NCBI GenBank assembly: GCA_033762915.1
Contig: JANRLD010000115.1
Coordinates: 64,001 to 128,000 of the forward strand
Reading direction: 5' to 3'
DNA from: Meiothermus sp.
GTDB lineage: Bacteria > Deinococcota > Deinococci > Deinococcales > Thermaceae
DNA: 64,000 bases
Shown: piece by piece, positions 1 through 10,050 of the stretch
Layout: each line of letters begins with the position of its first letter
Numbering within the stretch: position 1 is the first letter of the stretch
Notes under the pieces: model-generated
The model's database searches: none
The model's input: only the letters and a program-made list of their open reading frames with translations
What the model was told of the DNA's origin: nothing
Program-made: the position numbers and the translations under genes

Positions 1-538
<538 letters not shown>

Positions 539-647
539 GGGCGACCTCGAGTGGCGAGAAGGGAGACAGGAGGCAGGAGGCGGGAGAAGTCAAAGGCCTT
601 GGGGTTGACCTTTCCTCTTCTCTTTTCCCTTTTCTCGCGGTTCCCAC

Positions 648-1364
648 TCACGCTGACCTCCCCAAATAGGCCTCGCGCACCTTCGGGTTGGCGGCAACGG
701 CCTCGTACCTGCCCTCGGCGATCACGGTGCCATAGTCCATCACCACCACCCGGTCGGCCAAGGCCCGCACCACCGGCATCAGGTGCTCGATGAAGAGCAC
801 GGTCACGCCGCTGGCCCGGACGCGCTTGACCAGCTCCACGGCCTCCATGGCCTCGGCAGGGCGCAGGCCAGCCATCACCTCGTCGAGGAGAAGCAGCTTG
901 GGCTGGGTGCAGAGGGCTCGAGCCATCTCCAGACGTTTGTCCTCGAGGAGCGAGAGGTCGCCCGCCAGCACCTCGGCTTTGGGCAGCAGGCCGGTGAGGG
1001 TGAGGGCGTTCTGCACGACCTGGCGGGCCTGCTCGAGGGGCGTGCCCGGCTTGCCGTAGATGGCCCCGACCAGCAGGTTCTCGCGCACGGTCATCTCGTG
1101 GAAGGGCTGGACGATCTGGAAGGCCCGGCCCAGGCCCAGCCAGGCCCGCACCTCGGGGGCCCTATGGGTGATGTCTTGGCCCAGGAAGTGGACGCTGCCC
1201 GAGTCGGGCCCAAGCAGGCCGGAGATTAGGTTCAGCAAGGTACTCTTCCCCGCGCCGTTGGGGCCGATCACCGCGAAGATCTCGCCCTCTTGCACCTCGA
1301 AGCTGACCGCGTTGGCCGCCGTCACCCCGCCGAAGCGCTTGGTCAGGCCGGTGAGCTTAAGCAT
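648..1364 (-). CDS. livG: Branched-chain amino acid-type ABC transporter ATP-binding protein (LivG-like)
   Basis: GPNGAGKS Walker A, LLLDEVMAGL Walker B, C-terminal NPKVREAYLG. Confidence 0.92.
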   Translation of the reverse strand: MLKLTGLTKRFGGVTAANAVSFEVQEGEIFAVIGPNGAGKSTLLNLISGLLGPDSGSVHFLGQDITHRAPEVRAWLGLGRAFQIVQPFHEMTVRENLLVGAIYGKPGTPLEQARQVVQNALTLTGLLPKAEVLAGDLSLLEDKRLEMARALCTQPKLLLLDEVMAGLRPAEAMEAVELVKRVRASGVTVLFIEHLMPVVRALADRVVVMDYGTVIAEGRYEAVAANPKVREAYLGRSA

Positions 1365-2292
1365 GGCCGCCCCGCTTGGTCAGCAGGCCCATCAGGCCCT
1401 TGGGCAGGAAGAGGATGGTGAGGATCAGGATCACCCCGTAGACCACCAGATAGCCGTCCTTGACGACCAGGCGCAAGTAGGTCTCGAGGCCCACCAGGAT
1501 GATCCCACCCAAGAGCGGCCCCAGCGTGGTGTAGAGCCCGCCGAAGATGGGAATCACCAGGGCCTCCACCGCCCGCCCCAGGCTGAAGGCGTCGTAGGGC
1601 GAGAGGAAGAGGGTTTTCATCCCGTAGACCCCGCCCGCCAGGCCCGCGAGTGAACTCGAGATCAAGAAAGCGATCAGCTTAACCCGCACCACCGGCACGC
1701 CCAGCACCCTCGCCACGGCCTCGCCTTGGCGGGTGGCCGCCATGCCGTAGCTGAGCCGGCTGCGGGCCACCCAGAGGCTGGCCCCCACCGCCAACGACAG
1801 GGTTAGCACCGCCAGATAGTAGCTGCCCAGCGGCAGGCTCCCCCCGAAGGCCGGGGGCACGATCATCCCAATGGAGCCGCCGGTAAAGCTGGCCTTGAGC
1901 ACGAAGGTCCGCATCACCTCGCTGAAGGCCAGGGTCGCGATGGCGAAGTACATCCCATGCAGGCGCAGGGTGGCCAGGCCCAGCAGGAGGCTCGAGAGGG
2001 CCGCCACCAGCACGCCCACCAGCAGCGCGGGAATCGTGCCCAGCGCCGGGGAGGCGACAGCGGCGGCGTAGGCCCCCAGCCCGAAGAAGGCCCCGTGCGC
2101 CAGCGAGAGCTGCCCGGTGCGGGCCAGCAAATCCCACGACAGGGCCAGCGCCGAGATCAGGAAGGCGAACTGCGCGGTGTCCAGCGCGAAGGCCTCCCAG
2201 CGGCCCAGGGGCAAGAAGGGCAAGACGAGCGAGACCAGCAGGATTACGCCGATGGTGATGCCGGAGCCGCTCAATCTCGAGGCGCGCTTCAT
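1357..2292 (-). CDS. livM: Branched-chain amino acid-type ABC permease (LivM-like)
   Basis: TGQLSLAHGAFFGLGAY and LRLHGMYFAIATLAF motifs; start taken at ATG 2292, which overlaps the livH stop. Confidence 0.88.
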   Translation of the reverse strand: MKRASRLSGSGITIGVILLVSLVLPFLPLGRWEAFALDTAQFAFLISALALSWDLLARTGQLSLAHGAFFGLGAYAAAVASPALGTIPALLVGVLVAALSSLLLGLATLRLHGMYFAIATLAFSEVMRTFVLKASFTGGSIGMIVPPAFGGSLPLGSYYLAVLTLSLAVGASLWVARSRLSYGMAATRQGEAVARVLGVPVVRVKLIAFLISSSLAGLAGGVYGMKTLFLSPYDAFSLGRAVEALVIPIFGGLYTTLGPLLGGIILVGLETYLRLVVKDGYLVVYGVILILTILFLPKGLMGLLTKRGGHA

Positions 2293-3146
2293 CGCACCCT
2301 CCAGGAGCGCCAGGTCAGGGCCGCAAAGATGACCAGAAAAAACACCGCCTCCACCCATCCCCCACCGCCGGGGATGTAGGTGCTCACAAAGGCCTCCGCC
2401 AGCGCCAGGATGATCGCCGCCGGAATCACCCCGCGCAGGTTGCCCAGGCCCGCCATCACGATGATGGCGAAGGCCTTGAGGGTGTAGGCGGCCCCCACCG
2501 TGGGTGAGGCGTTGAGGGTGACCGAAAGCATTACCCCCGCGACGCCCGCCAGCGCGGCGGAAAGCCCGAAAGCCAAAAGGTAAATCTGCTCTTTCTCGAT
2601 CCCCAAGAGCCCGGGGGCCAGCCGGTTCTGCGAAACCGCCCGCACCGCAAAGCCCAGCCGGGTGCGCCCCAAAAACCAGTACAGGCCAGAGAGCAGCCCC
2701 GCCGAGAGCAAAAACGAGACCAGGGGCACCAGCCCAAAGGACAGCCCTCCGAAGCTCACCGTCGCGGCCTGGTAGGGCGGGCTGACCACCCGGGTATCGC
2801 CCCCAAACATCAACAGGGCCAGATTTTGCAGCGCGATGGACAGCCCGAAGGTGAGGAGCATTTGGTTGAGCTCGGGGGCGTTCAGGATGGGCCGGATCAG
2901 CCCGTAGTAGCTCACGGCCCCCACCACAAAGGCCACCAGCGCCGCCAGCCCCAGCGAGATCACCGGGTCGAGGCCCGCAAACGTGAACATCAGGTAGGAG
3001 ACAAAAGCCCCCACCATCAGAAACTCGCCGTGGGCGAAATTAACGATCCCCACCACCCCCACCGCGAGCGCCAACCCGCTGGCCACGAGCGCGTACACAC
3101 CCGCGACCAGCAGGCCGTTGATTAGGGTTTGAAGGAAGAGTTCCAT
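2289..3146 (-). CDS. livH: Branched-chain amino acid-type ABC permease (LivH-like)
   Basis: MELFLQTLINGLLVAGVYAL...IVNFAHGEFLM, GLGNLRG; start at ATG 3146. Confidence 0.88.
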   Translation of the reverse strand: MELFLQTLINGLLVAGVYALVASGLALAVGVVGIVNFAHGEFLMVGAFVSYLMFTFAGLDPVISLGLAALVAFVVGAVSYYGLIRPILNAPELNQMLLTFGLSIALQNLALLMFGGDTRVVSPPYQAATVSFGGLSFGLVPLVSFLLSAGLLSGLYWFLGRTRLGFAVRAVSQNRLAPGLLGIEKEQIYLLAFGLSAALAGVAGVMLSVTLNASPTVGAAYTLKAFAIIVMAGLGNLRGVIPAAIILALAEAFVSTYIPGGGGWVEAVFFLVIFAALTWRSWRVR

Positions 3147-3190
3147 AGCGAGTTGATGGTTGAAGGTTGAGGGTTGAAGGACTCGAGGCG

Positions 3191-3314
3191 ATTTGGCAAC
3201 TGAGTTGCGCCAGGGTAGGTTTGCGAAACCGCTGGACGCAGCAAGCAGCTGCCTAGCGCAATCCCCTGCGGATATCCCGAGGAGCCATTTCGCAATTTCA
3301 CTATGGAGACACTT
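3191..3314 (-). repeat. About 120-nt structured repeat (pseudoknot-type pairing), copy 1
   Basis: Reverse complement aligns with 33850-33970 (AAGTGTC...TGCGAAATG...ATTGCGCYAGG...TGCTGCGTCC...TTTCGCAAAYCTACCCTGGCGCAAC). Confidence 0.75.
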
Positions 3315-3400
3315 GGCGGTCAGCTTTTGGCTTCTGGCAGCCAACGGCCAACCGGATTCCTCGCTCGAGGTTCAACCGTCAACCTTCAACACACCGCTCC

Positions 3401-4558
3401 TCAGTAGTTTCCCGGGTACCGCAGCGGCCTTCCGGCCACGCCTGCGGGGAAGACCGGTCGGCGGCTGCCGTTGAGGTACTGGAACTGAAACCAGATCGAG
3501 GCGTTGAAGCCCTGGTTCTTGGTCTTGCCGGTATCGGAGGGCTTGAAGGCCAGGGAGCCAAAGGGAGTGTCCAGCCTGACCTTGGCCAGCGCGTCGGAGA
3601 TGCGGCCCTTGTCGGCGCTCCCCGCGGCCTCGATCGCCGCACCGAGTGCCCGGACGGCGGTATAGCCCATCGGGGCCATGTACTCCTCGGTGATCTCGCC
3701 GAACTTCTTCTTGTAGGCGGCCACGAAGCGCTGCGAGGCGCGGTTACCGACCGAGGGGAGCCAGGCGCTCATGCCCGCGATATCGTTGGACAGATTGTTC
3801 TTGTCGAAGCCCAGCGGCCAGGCCGGGGGCGCGCCGTAGATGATCTTGGGGTCCAGGCCCACCTGCCGCACCTGGGTGGCGATGGGGAGGGCGTCCCAGT
3901 CGTAGCCGATCCAGTAGAGGATGTCGGGGGCAAAGCTCTTGAAGCGGGTCAGGGTGGCGGTGAAATTGCCGGAGTTGGTCTTGAAGGGCTCGGCCTGCAC
4001 GGTGAAGCCGGCCTGGGTCAGGAGTTGGCGGTAGGCGGGCATCCCAGCCGAGCCGAAGGGGCCGTCCTCGTAGAGGATGGCGACCTTTTTGGCCCCCTGG
4101 CCTTGCAGGTACTTGAAGAAGTCCATCGCGGCGGTGACGTTGTGGTAGTCCCAGGGGTGGAAGTGGAAGAAGTCCTCGTAGCCCTCCATGGCGTTCTCGA
4201 CCAGCGAGCTGGCCGCCCCGACCGCCAGGAAGAGCGGCTTGTACTGCTTGATGGGGCCGGCCATGCCCAGGGTGGGGCCAGAGCCCAGGCCGCCGATCAC
4301 GATGTCCACCCGGTCCACGGTGAGCAGCTTGACCAGGGCCGGGATGGCCTTGTCGGCGGCGTTGCCGTCGTCCACCACCACCAGCTCGAGCTTGACCTTG
4401 CCCGCCGCAGCGAGTTCATCCGCCGCGAGCTGGATGCCGTTGAGGGCGGCCTTGCCCGCCACGCTGGTCAGGGGCAGAATCACCCCGACCTTAACCGACT
4501 GGGCCAGGGAGAACCCCAACCCCAAAAGCACTGCGCCTAAAACCAGAACTTTCTTCAT
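3401..4558 (-). CDS. ABC transporter substrate-binding protein (LivJ/LivK-like family)
   Basis: Signal peptide MKKVLVLGAVLLGLGFSLA, VKVGVILPLT; SD ACAGGAGG; first transporter gene of the operon. Confidence 0.88.
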   Translation of the reverse strand: MKKVLVLGAVLLGLGFSLAQSVKVGVILPLTSVAGKAALNGIQLAADELAAAGKVKLELVVVDDGNAADKAIPALVKLLTVDRVDIVIGGLGSGPTLGMAGPIKQYKPLFLAVGAASSLVENAMEGYEDFFHFHPWDYHNVTAAMDFFKYLQGQGAKKVAILYEDGPFGSAGMPAYRQLLTQAGFTVQAEPFKTNSGNFTATLTRFKSFAPDILYWIGYDWDALPIATQVRQVGLDPKIIYGAPPAWPLGFDKNNLSNDIAGMSAWLPSVGNRASQRFVAAYKKKFGEITEEYMAPMGYTAVRALGAAIEAAGSADKGRISDALAKVRLDTPFGSLAFKPSDTGKTKNQGFNASIWFQFQYLNGSRRPVFPAGVAGRPLRYPGNY

Positions 4559-4652
4559 GCTTGCCTCCTGTGGAGATAACGCTCAGCAATCCTTTTCCCC
4601 CCTCGAGGAGGAAAAGGGCCGGGGGATTGGGGGTGAGCCAGCCGAACAGACT

Positions 4653-5057
4653 TCACGCGGGCTCCTCGTACAGCACTGTGGCCTCGCCCTCGACGACCCG
4701 CTCGCCACGCTGGTTGGTGCAAACGGTCTCGAGGGTCAGGATGGGTTTGTCGGGCCGGATCGCCTTGACGGTGACGGCGGCGGTGATGGTGTCGCCGATG
4801 TAGGCGGGCTTCAAAAACTTGAGGCTCTGGCCCAGGTAGACCGCCCCGACGCCCGGCAGCCGGGTGCCGATGACGGTGGAAATCAGCCCCGCCACCAGAA
4901 TCCCCTGCGCGATGCGCTGGCCGAATCGGGTCTTCTTGGCGTACTCCGCATCCACGTGGATGGGGTTGGTGTCCCCCACCGCCCCGATGAACTGGGCGAT
5001 GTTGGCCTCGGTGATGGTCTGGCTGTAAGAGCCGACATCGCCTACCTTGTACTTCAC
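4653..5057 (-). CDS. MaoC-family (R)-specific enoyl-CoA hydratase/dehydratase
   Basis: GTG start 5057; GDTNPIHVDAEYAKKTRFGQRIAQG hot-dog motif (canonical IAHG is IAQG here). Confidence 0.85.
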   Translation of the reverse strand: MKYKVGDVGSYSQTITEANIAQFIGAVGDTNPIHVDAEYAKKTRFGQRIAQGILVAGLISTVIGTRLPGVGAVYLGQSLKFLKPAYIGDTITAAVTVKAIRPDKPILTLETVCTNQRGERVVEGEATVLYEEPA

Positions 5058-5878
5058 GCTTTCACCTCCAGAAAGGCGTTGATTTCCTGCGCCAGCAGCG
5101 GGGTGTTTTCCACCGCCGCGACGTGACCCAGTTCGGGCAGCACGTGATGCACCGCCCCCGGAATGGCCTCGGCAATCTCCTGGCTGTAGCGCGGCGGAAA
5201 GAGTAAATCTTCCTCGCCCGAAAGCACCAGGGTGGGAACACTCACCTGGGCGAGCCGGGGACGCAAGTCCTCGAGCGCAAAAAAACCCGCCATCAGATTG
5301 TTCTGGGCCTGCGCGGTGGGGGCGGCGACAAGCATCTGATCGAGGGATTGGGCCGAAGCGACCTCGGGGTGGGCCTCGAGGAAGGCCCGGCCCCATATCC
5401 ACGGCAGCGCGACCCGCAAGCGCCCCTGGGTCTGGCCCAGCTCGAGGGCCAGTTGCCAGCTCTCCACCTTGGCCCGGATCAGCGGGTCGAGGCGCGGGGT
5501 GGTGCACAGCAGGATCAGTCGATGCAAGCCTGCCGGCCGCCGGGCCGCGTGTACCTGCGCCACGATGCCCCCGTTGGAGAGGCCCAGCAGGTGATAGCGG
5601 GGGATGTGGAGGGTGGCCAGCAGCGCCTCGAGGTCGGCGGCGTGCAGCTCGGGGGTGTAGGCCCCCTCGGGCACCGCGCTGCGGCCCTGGCCGCGCATGT
5701 CGTAGCGCAAGACGGTGAAGCCTTGCAGTCGGGGCAGCAGCGGCTCCCAGGCTTCAAGGCGCTGGAAGATGCCGTTGGCGAGTACCAGCACGGGTTCGTG
5801 GGGGGACGCAAGGTATTGCGTCCGCTCCGCCGTCAGCTCATAAAACAGCTCGGTGCCATTCACCGCCACCCTAGGCAT
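5054..5878 (-). CDS. Alpha/beta hydrolase (enol-lactonase-like)
   Basis: YDMRGQGRS, nucleophile elbow GLSNGG, GEED, LGH; start ATG 5878. Confidence 0.85.
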   Translation of the reverse strand: MPRVAVNGTELFYELTAERTQYLASPHEPVLVLANGIFQRLEAWEPLLPRLQGFTVLRYDMRGQGRSAVPEGAYTPELHAADLEALLATLHIPRYHLLGLSNGGIVAQVHAARRPAGLHRLILLCTTPRLDPLIRAKVESWQLALELGQTQGRLRVALPWIWGRAFLEAHPEVASAQSLDQMLVAAPTAQAQNNLMAGFFALEDLRPRLAQVSVPTLVLSGEEDLLFPPRYSQEIAEAIPGAVHHVLPELGHVAAVENTPLLAQEINAFLEVKA

Positions 5879-7349
5879 GGGTACCTCCCGCTTGGGCAAA
5901 GCCCGCGGCCAGCTCGGTCTTGAGGATTTTGCCGGCGCCGCTCTTGGGAAGGTCGGGCATAAAGCGGTAGTGCTTGGGCACCTTATAGCCTGCCAGCCGG
6001 GCCTTGAGGAAGGTACGTAAGTCCTCCTCGCTGGCCTGGGCCTTGAGCACCACCGCCGCCAGCCCGACCTCGCCCCACTTGCCGTCCGGCACCCCCAGCA
6101 CCGCGCACTCGGCCACGGCAGGGTGGTCGTACAAGGCCCGCTCGACCTCCACCGGGTAGACGTTCTCGCCGCCGGAGATGAACATCTCCTTGGCCCGCCC
6201 CACGATGTAGTAGCGCCCCGCCGCGTCGCGCCGGGCCAGGTCACCGGTACGCAGCCAGGTGCGCCCGTCGTGCTCCACCAGGGCTTTGCCGCTGTCTTCG
6301 GGTTTTTCAAAGTAGCCCGACATCAGCACCGCCCCACACAGCCAGAGTTCGCCCTCGAGTTCGCTCTCCTGGCCCTGGTCGTCTACCAGCTTGGCCCACA
6401 GGTGCGGCATCGGGCGGCCCACCGACTCGGGGTGGTGCTGGGCCTCGCCGGGCTCGAGGGTGAAGCAATTCACCCCCGCCTCGGTCAGGCCGTAGCCCTG
6501 CTTGAAGCGGACGCCCTTGGCGCTGAAGGCCTCCCGCACCGGGGCCGGGCAGGGCGCGCCGCCCGAGATAGCCCAGCGCACCGAGGAGAAGTCCGCCTCC
6601 GAAAAACCGGGGTGGTTGGCCAGCATCTGGTACATGGTGGGCACCAGGAACAGCAGGCCAGCCTCGTGCTCCCGCACCCAGCGCAAGTACTCCGCGGGCT
6701 CGAACCGCTCCTGGATCAAGACCGAGCCGCCCAGGTAGAGCAGCGGCGTGCACAGCGCGTTGAGCGCGGCATGGAACATGGGGGTCGAGACGACGTAGCG
6801 GTCTTCGGGTCGCAGGCCCCAGCTCATGCAGGTCTGCACCGCGTTGAGCAGCAGTTGGCGGTATGGCAGCATGGCCCCCTTGGGGAGCCCGGTGGTGCCG
6901 CCCGTGAAGAGGATCAGGGCGGTGTCCTCGAGGCTGGGCCGGAAGGGCGGCAGGGGGGCAGGGGGGAGGGTTTGCAGGGCGGAGAGGGGGTGGGAGGTGG
7001 GGTGCAGCAGGTGGGCGAGGTCGGGGAAGTCTTCGCCGAAGAACAGGACTGTGGGGCGGGTGTACTCGAGCAGCCCGCTAAGCTCGGCCTGGCTCAGGCG
7101 GTGGTTGAACAGGGTGGGGACGAAGCCCAGCAGGGGCGCGGCGAAGTACAGCTCGAGGTAACCCAGATGGTTCTGGCTCAGCACCCCCACCCGGTCTCCC
7201 CTGCCCACCCCCAGCCCCGCCAGCGACTCCGCCGCCCGCACCGCCCGGCGGTACAGTTCGCCGTAAGTCACCCAGGCCCCGCGCCAGTACACCGCCGGCC
7301 GCTCGGGGTGGGCGGCGGCAAGGCGCTCGAGCCAGTTGGGGTTAAACAC
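5871..7349 (-). CDS. Acyl-CoA synthetase / AMP-binding enzyme
   Basis: FTGGTTGLPKG, QGYGLTE, TGDLA, ISGGENVYP, GAGKILK; start GTG 7349. Confidence 0.9.
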   Translation of the reverse strand: MFNPNWLERLAAAHPERPAVYWRGAWVTYGELYRRAVRAAESLAGLGVGRGDRVGVLSQNHLGYLELYFAAPLLGFVPTLFNHRLSQAELSGLLEYTRPTVLFFGEDFPDLAHLLHPTSHPLSALQTLPPAPLPPFRPSLEDTALILFTGGTTGLPKGAMLPYRQLLLNAVQTCMSWGLRPEDRYVVSTPMFHAALNALCTPLLYLGGSVLIQERFEPAEYLRWVREHEAGLLFLVPTMYQMLANHPGFSEADFSSVRWAISGGAPCPAPVREAFSAKGVRFKQGYGLTEAGVNCFTLEPGEAQHHPESVGRPMPHLWAKLVDDQGQESELEGELWLCGAVLMSGYFEKPEDSGKALVEHDGRTWLRTGDLARRDAAGRYYIVGRAKEMFISGGENVYPVEVERALYDHPAVAECAVLGVPDGKWGEVGLAAVVLKAQASEEDLRTFLKARLAGYKVPKHYRFMPDLPKSGAGKILKTELAAGFAQAGGTHA

Positions 7350-7598
7350 GGTTGGCCCTCCAGCGACATGGAAGGTCAAAGCTGAACCCCCCCAGTCCCC
7401 TTGATGGCTGCAACAACCGATCTTGGACCTTCTTAGCGCTTAGTGAACGCCCCAAGGGGGGCTCGCCGCGTCTCCCTACAACCCGAATCGCCGGGCGGTC
7501 AAAAAGCCTCCCTTTGGGCATGCCTCGAGCGACAAAAACCCCCAAACCCAGCCCACCGCTAACACCCAGGGCGGCAAAGGGGATCGGGTTTCGGGCTT

Positions 7599-8600
7599 TC
7601 ATGCTTCCTCCCACCGCAGCACCGCCGCGCCCCAGTGGTACCCCACCCCCGCCGCCGCCAGTGCCACCAAACTGCCCGGCCCGATCTGGCCCGACTGCCC
7701 GGCCAGCTTGAGCGAGAGGATGGGGTCGAGCTGGCCCAGATGGCCGTACTCGCTCAGGTAGATGGTCTGCGACTCCGAGAGACCCAGGCCGTCCAGCACC
7801 GCCTTATGGGCCGAGGGCTTCATGTGCAGTAGGGCCAGGAAGTCGAGGTCGGCGGGGGCGTAGCCAGCCTGAGCCAGCGCCCCCACGATCACCTCCATGA
7901 AGCCCGGCATCGAGACCTGCTCGAGCCGGGTCTTCATCAGCTCGGGCTCGGCCACCCGCAGCCGGTACTGCTGGGCATTGGAGCCATCGAGGGGGGCCAC
8001 GGTGCCACCCACCGGAACCCGAACGGTGTTGGCGAGCACGGGGTCGGTCTTGAGCCGGCTCGAGAGCAGCCGCAGCCCGCCGCCCTGGCGGCTCAGCACC
8101 GCTGCGCCGCCGCCGGCCGCGAGGTCGTACATAAAGCGCACCGCCTCGTCGCTAAAGTCGATCAGGTCGCCGTTGCGGTAGCCGCCCGCCACCAGGACGT
8201 GCCGCACCTCGGGGCGGCTGGCGAACAGCCCCTCCGCCACCGCCAGCGCCGTCACGAAGCTGGCACACTTCTGGTTGAGGTCGAAGCACCAAGCGCGGTC
8301 TGCCCCCACCATCTGGGCGATCAGGGGGGCGCTGGTCCAGACCGGGTAGTCCTTGTGTTCGTCGGTGATGCTGATCACCACGTCGAGGTCGGCGGGCTCG
8401 AGGGCAGCGTCCTTCAGGGCACCCTCGGCAGCCCAGCCCCCCATGCGGGCAGGGTGGTCGTCGGGGCCGGGCACCGGCTTCTGGTGAATGCCCAGCTTGT
8501 CGCGCACCACCCACTCCGGCAGCCCGCTCGCCGCGGCGATCTCGGCGCTGGACATGCGGGGAATGGGGAGATAAACCCCTAGGCCTCGGAGGTAGGGCAT
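7599..8600 (-). CDS. FabH-like 3-oxoacyl-ACP synthase III family protein (YGH variant)
   Basis: NQKCASF catalytic Cys, LLHMK His, YGHLG in place of YGN, AAAGVGYHWGA. Confidence 0.85.
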   Translation of the reverse strand: MPYLRGLGVYLPIPRMSSAEIAAASGLPEWVVRDKLGIHQKPVPGPDDHPARMGGWAAEGALKDAALEPADLDVVISITDEHKDYPVWTSAPLIAQMVGADRAWCFDLNQKCASFVTALAVAEGLFASRPEVRHVLVAGGYRNGDLIDFSDEAVRFMYDLAAGGGAAVLSRQGGGLRLLSSRLKTDPVLANTVRVPVGGTVAPLDGSNAQQYRLRVAEPELMKTRLEQVSMPGFMEVIVGALAQAGYAPADLDFLALLHMKPSAHKAVLDGLGLSESQTIYLSEYGHLGQLDPILSLKLAGQSGQIGPGSLVALAAAGVGYHWGAAVLRWEEA

Positions 8601-8624
8601 ATGGCTAACCTGTGGTTGGGAATT

Positions 8625-8657
8625 AGGCTACAGGTCGGCTGTTACAAACTTGTTACA
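8625..8657 (-). promoter_or_regulatory. Putative promoter of the fabH-like operon: -10 TAGCCT plus TGTAACA direct repeat with 11-bp period
   Basis: Plus strand TGTTACA at 8640-8646 and 8651-8657; AGGCTA at 8625-8630. Confidence 0.55.
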
Positions 8658-8700
8658 CAGATGAATAGCAATCGAGGCGCGGCAAACGTTGAGTCATCAT

Positions 8701-9507
8701 CTAGATTCTTAGAAAGTCTTTTGCGGGCCAAATTTCTAGCGACCTTTTGTCCAACTCCTCTAGGTGAACTACAGCATCATCAAACACGGTGCACATATGT
8801 ATCGTGAACTGCTGATACTGGGACTTGTTTAGTGACCCGCTATACTTGATAAGCCCGTTCCCGAGTTTGATTTTTAGCTCTGCCATAGCAGCCTGATTTT
8901 CGTGTGCAATTTGATTGCGAACTTCCCAAATAGAGTCAAGTGAGGCGCAGAGACTTTCATCAATATTCGTATCTCTGATTCCAAGGAACTGTTTACTTTT
9001 TTTGTATTTGTGCGAAAACAACTTACCAGAGGTGTGTTGATTTGCAAGAATCTCGATGTATTTCAACTTCACTTCATCAAGAGTTGGCATTTCCTCTAGA
9101 TCAAGTGCTGAGATTGAGAGATCTGCAAAACCCTTTCTTCTAAGATTACTGTTTCGAATTAAACAAAGCTTTACGATATCCTGGAGAAAAAATTCTACTC
9201 CTGATGTGAAAGCAATTATTCCCTGTGAGACAAAGCTCCATCGTAGATACTCCAGGGCAAATTCAGGTTCTTTTTCTAAGCGGCCCAAAATTGGGGCAAC
9301 CTTCTCGAGTACCTGGTGAGACTGCAGGGCATCAGAAACATTTAAGCCCCACTCCTTACAGTTAGCCTCAGTGAACTCACTTGACAAAAGTAAGTTTAAC
9401 CGTATACCTGCCAATAGAAAAACCAGTCGAGCCATACAGGCGGAAAACATTATTGGGCCAGTCCTTTCCTTGATGATATCAGAGGTAGGTTCTCGAGTCT
9501 CTGCCAT
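8701..9507 (-). CDS. AT-rich hypothetical protein with a HEPN RxxxxH motif
   Basis: 268-aa ORF; IIAFTSGVEFFLQD helix and WEVRNQIAHE motif; composition unlike its neighbours. Confidence 0.65.
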   Translation of the reverse strand: MAETREPTSDIIKERTGPIMFSACMARLVFLLAGIRLNLLLSSEFTEANCKEWGLNVSDALQSHQVLEKVAPILGRLEKEPEFALEYLRWSFVSQGIIAFTSGVEFFLQDIVKLCLIRNSNLRRKGFADLSISALDLEEMPTLDEVKLKYIEILANQHTSGKLFSHKYKKSKQFLGIRDTNIDESLCASLDSIWEVRNQIAHENQAAMAELKIKLGNGLIKYSGSLNKSQYQQFTIHMCTVFDDAVVHLEELDKRSLEIWPAKDFLRI

Positions 9508-9563
9508 TTTCCATCTCTAGGTCGTATGCCGAATCGCTCATCCTTCGAAGACTCAACCCCTGT

Positions 9564-9899
9564 TCACTTCGGCTTCTCGCAAAAGACCGCCTTGAGGGTC
9601 TCGTTGGGAAGGCGCCAGACTTCCTCGAGCTTCCGCCGGTCGCAGGCCTTGTACTCCTCGCGCCAGAGCGGCCGGAACACCACGTGCGAAGGGCTCTCGA
9701 GCAGGACCCCGACTTCGAAGGTCCGGTCGGTCCCGATGCCCTCCTGGGGGTTGCAGAAGTCCAGGAGCTGCCTGGGGCCCTCGGTGATGTAGAGAAAGGC
9801 CTAGATGGTGTAGATAAACTTGCCCAGCACGTACGCGATGCCGGAGACCAGGACGCCCAGGGCTAGGGGGTTGGGCACCAGGGAGAAGAGCGGGTTCAT
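9564..9899 (-). pseudogene. Small membrane protein gene interrupted by an in-frame TAG at 9801-9803
   Basis: MNPLFSLVPNPLALGVLVSGIAYVLGKFIYTI*AFLYITEGPRQLLDFCNPQEG...AVFCEKPK*; host-like codon usage on both sides of the stop. Confidence 0.6.
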
Positions 9900-10050
9900 G
9901 GCAGCTACAGTCCAATTTGCCTCGAGCCCACATCGACCAGGACGCCCAGGCCAGGGTTCAGGGCACCGGGCTCGAGCGCCGCCACGGTTGTTTAGTAAAC
10001 GAGGGCGGATGTCCTCAAGCAAACCTCGGGTGGATCAATAGAATACGGAT

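Noticed and set aside
8603..9557. HEPN gene as an integron cassette (GTTGAGT before the gene, ACTCAAC after its stop)
   Set aside because: The downstream sequence does not form an attC-like hairpin, appears to be the fabH promoter, and no integrase is present.
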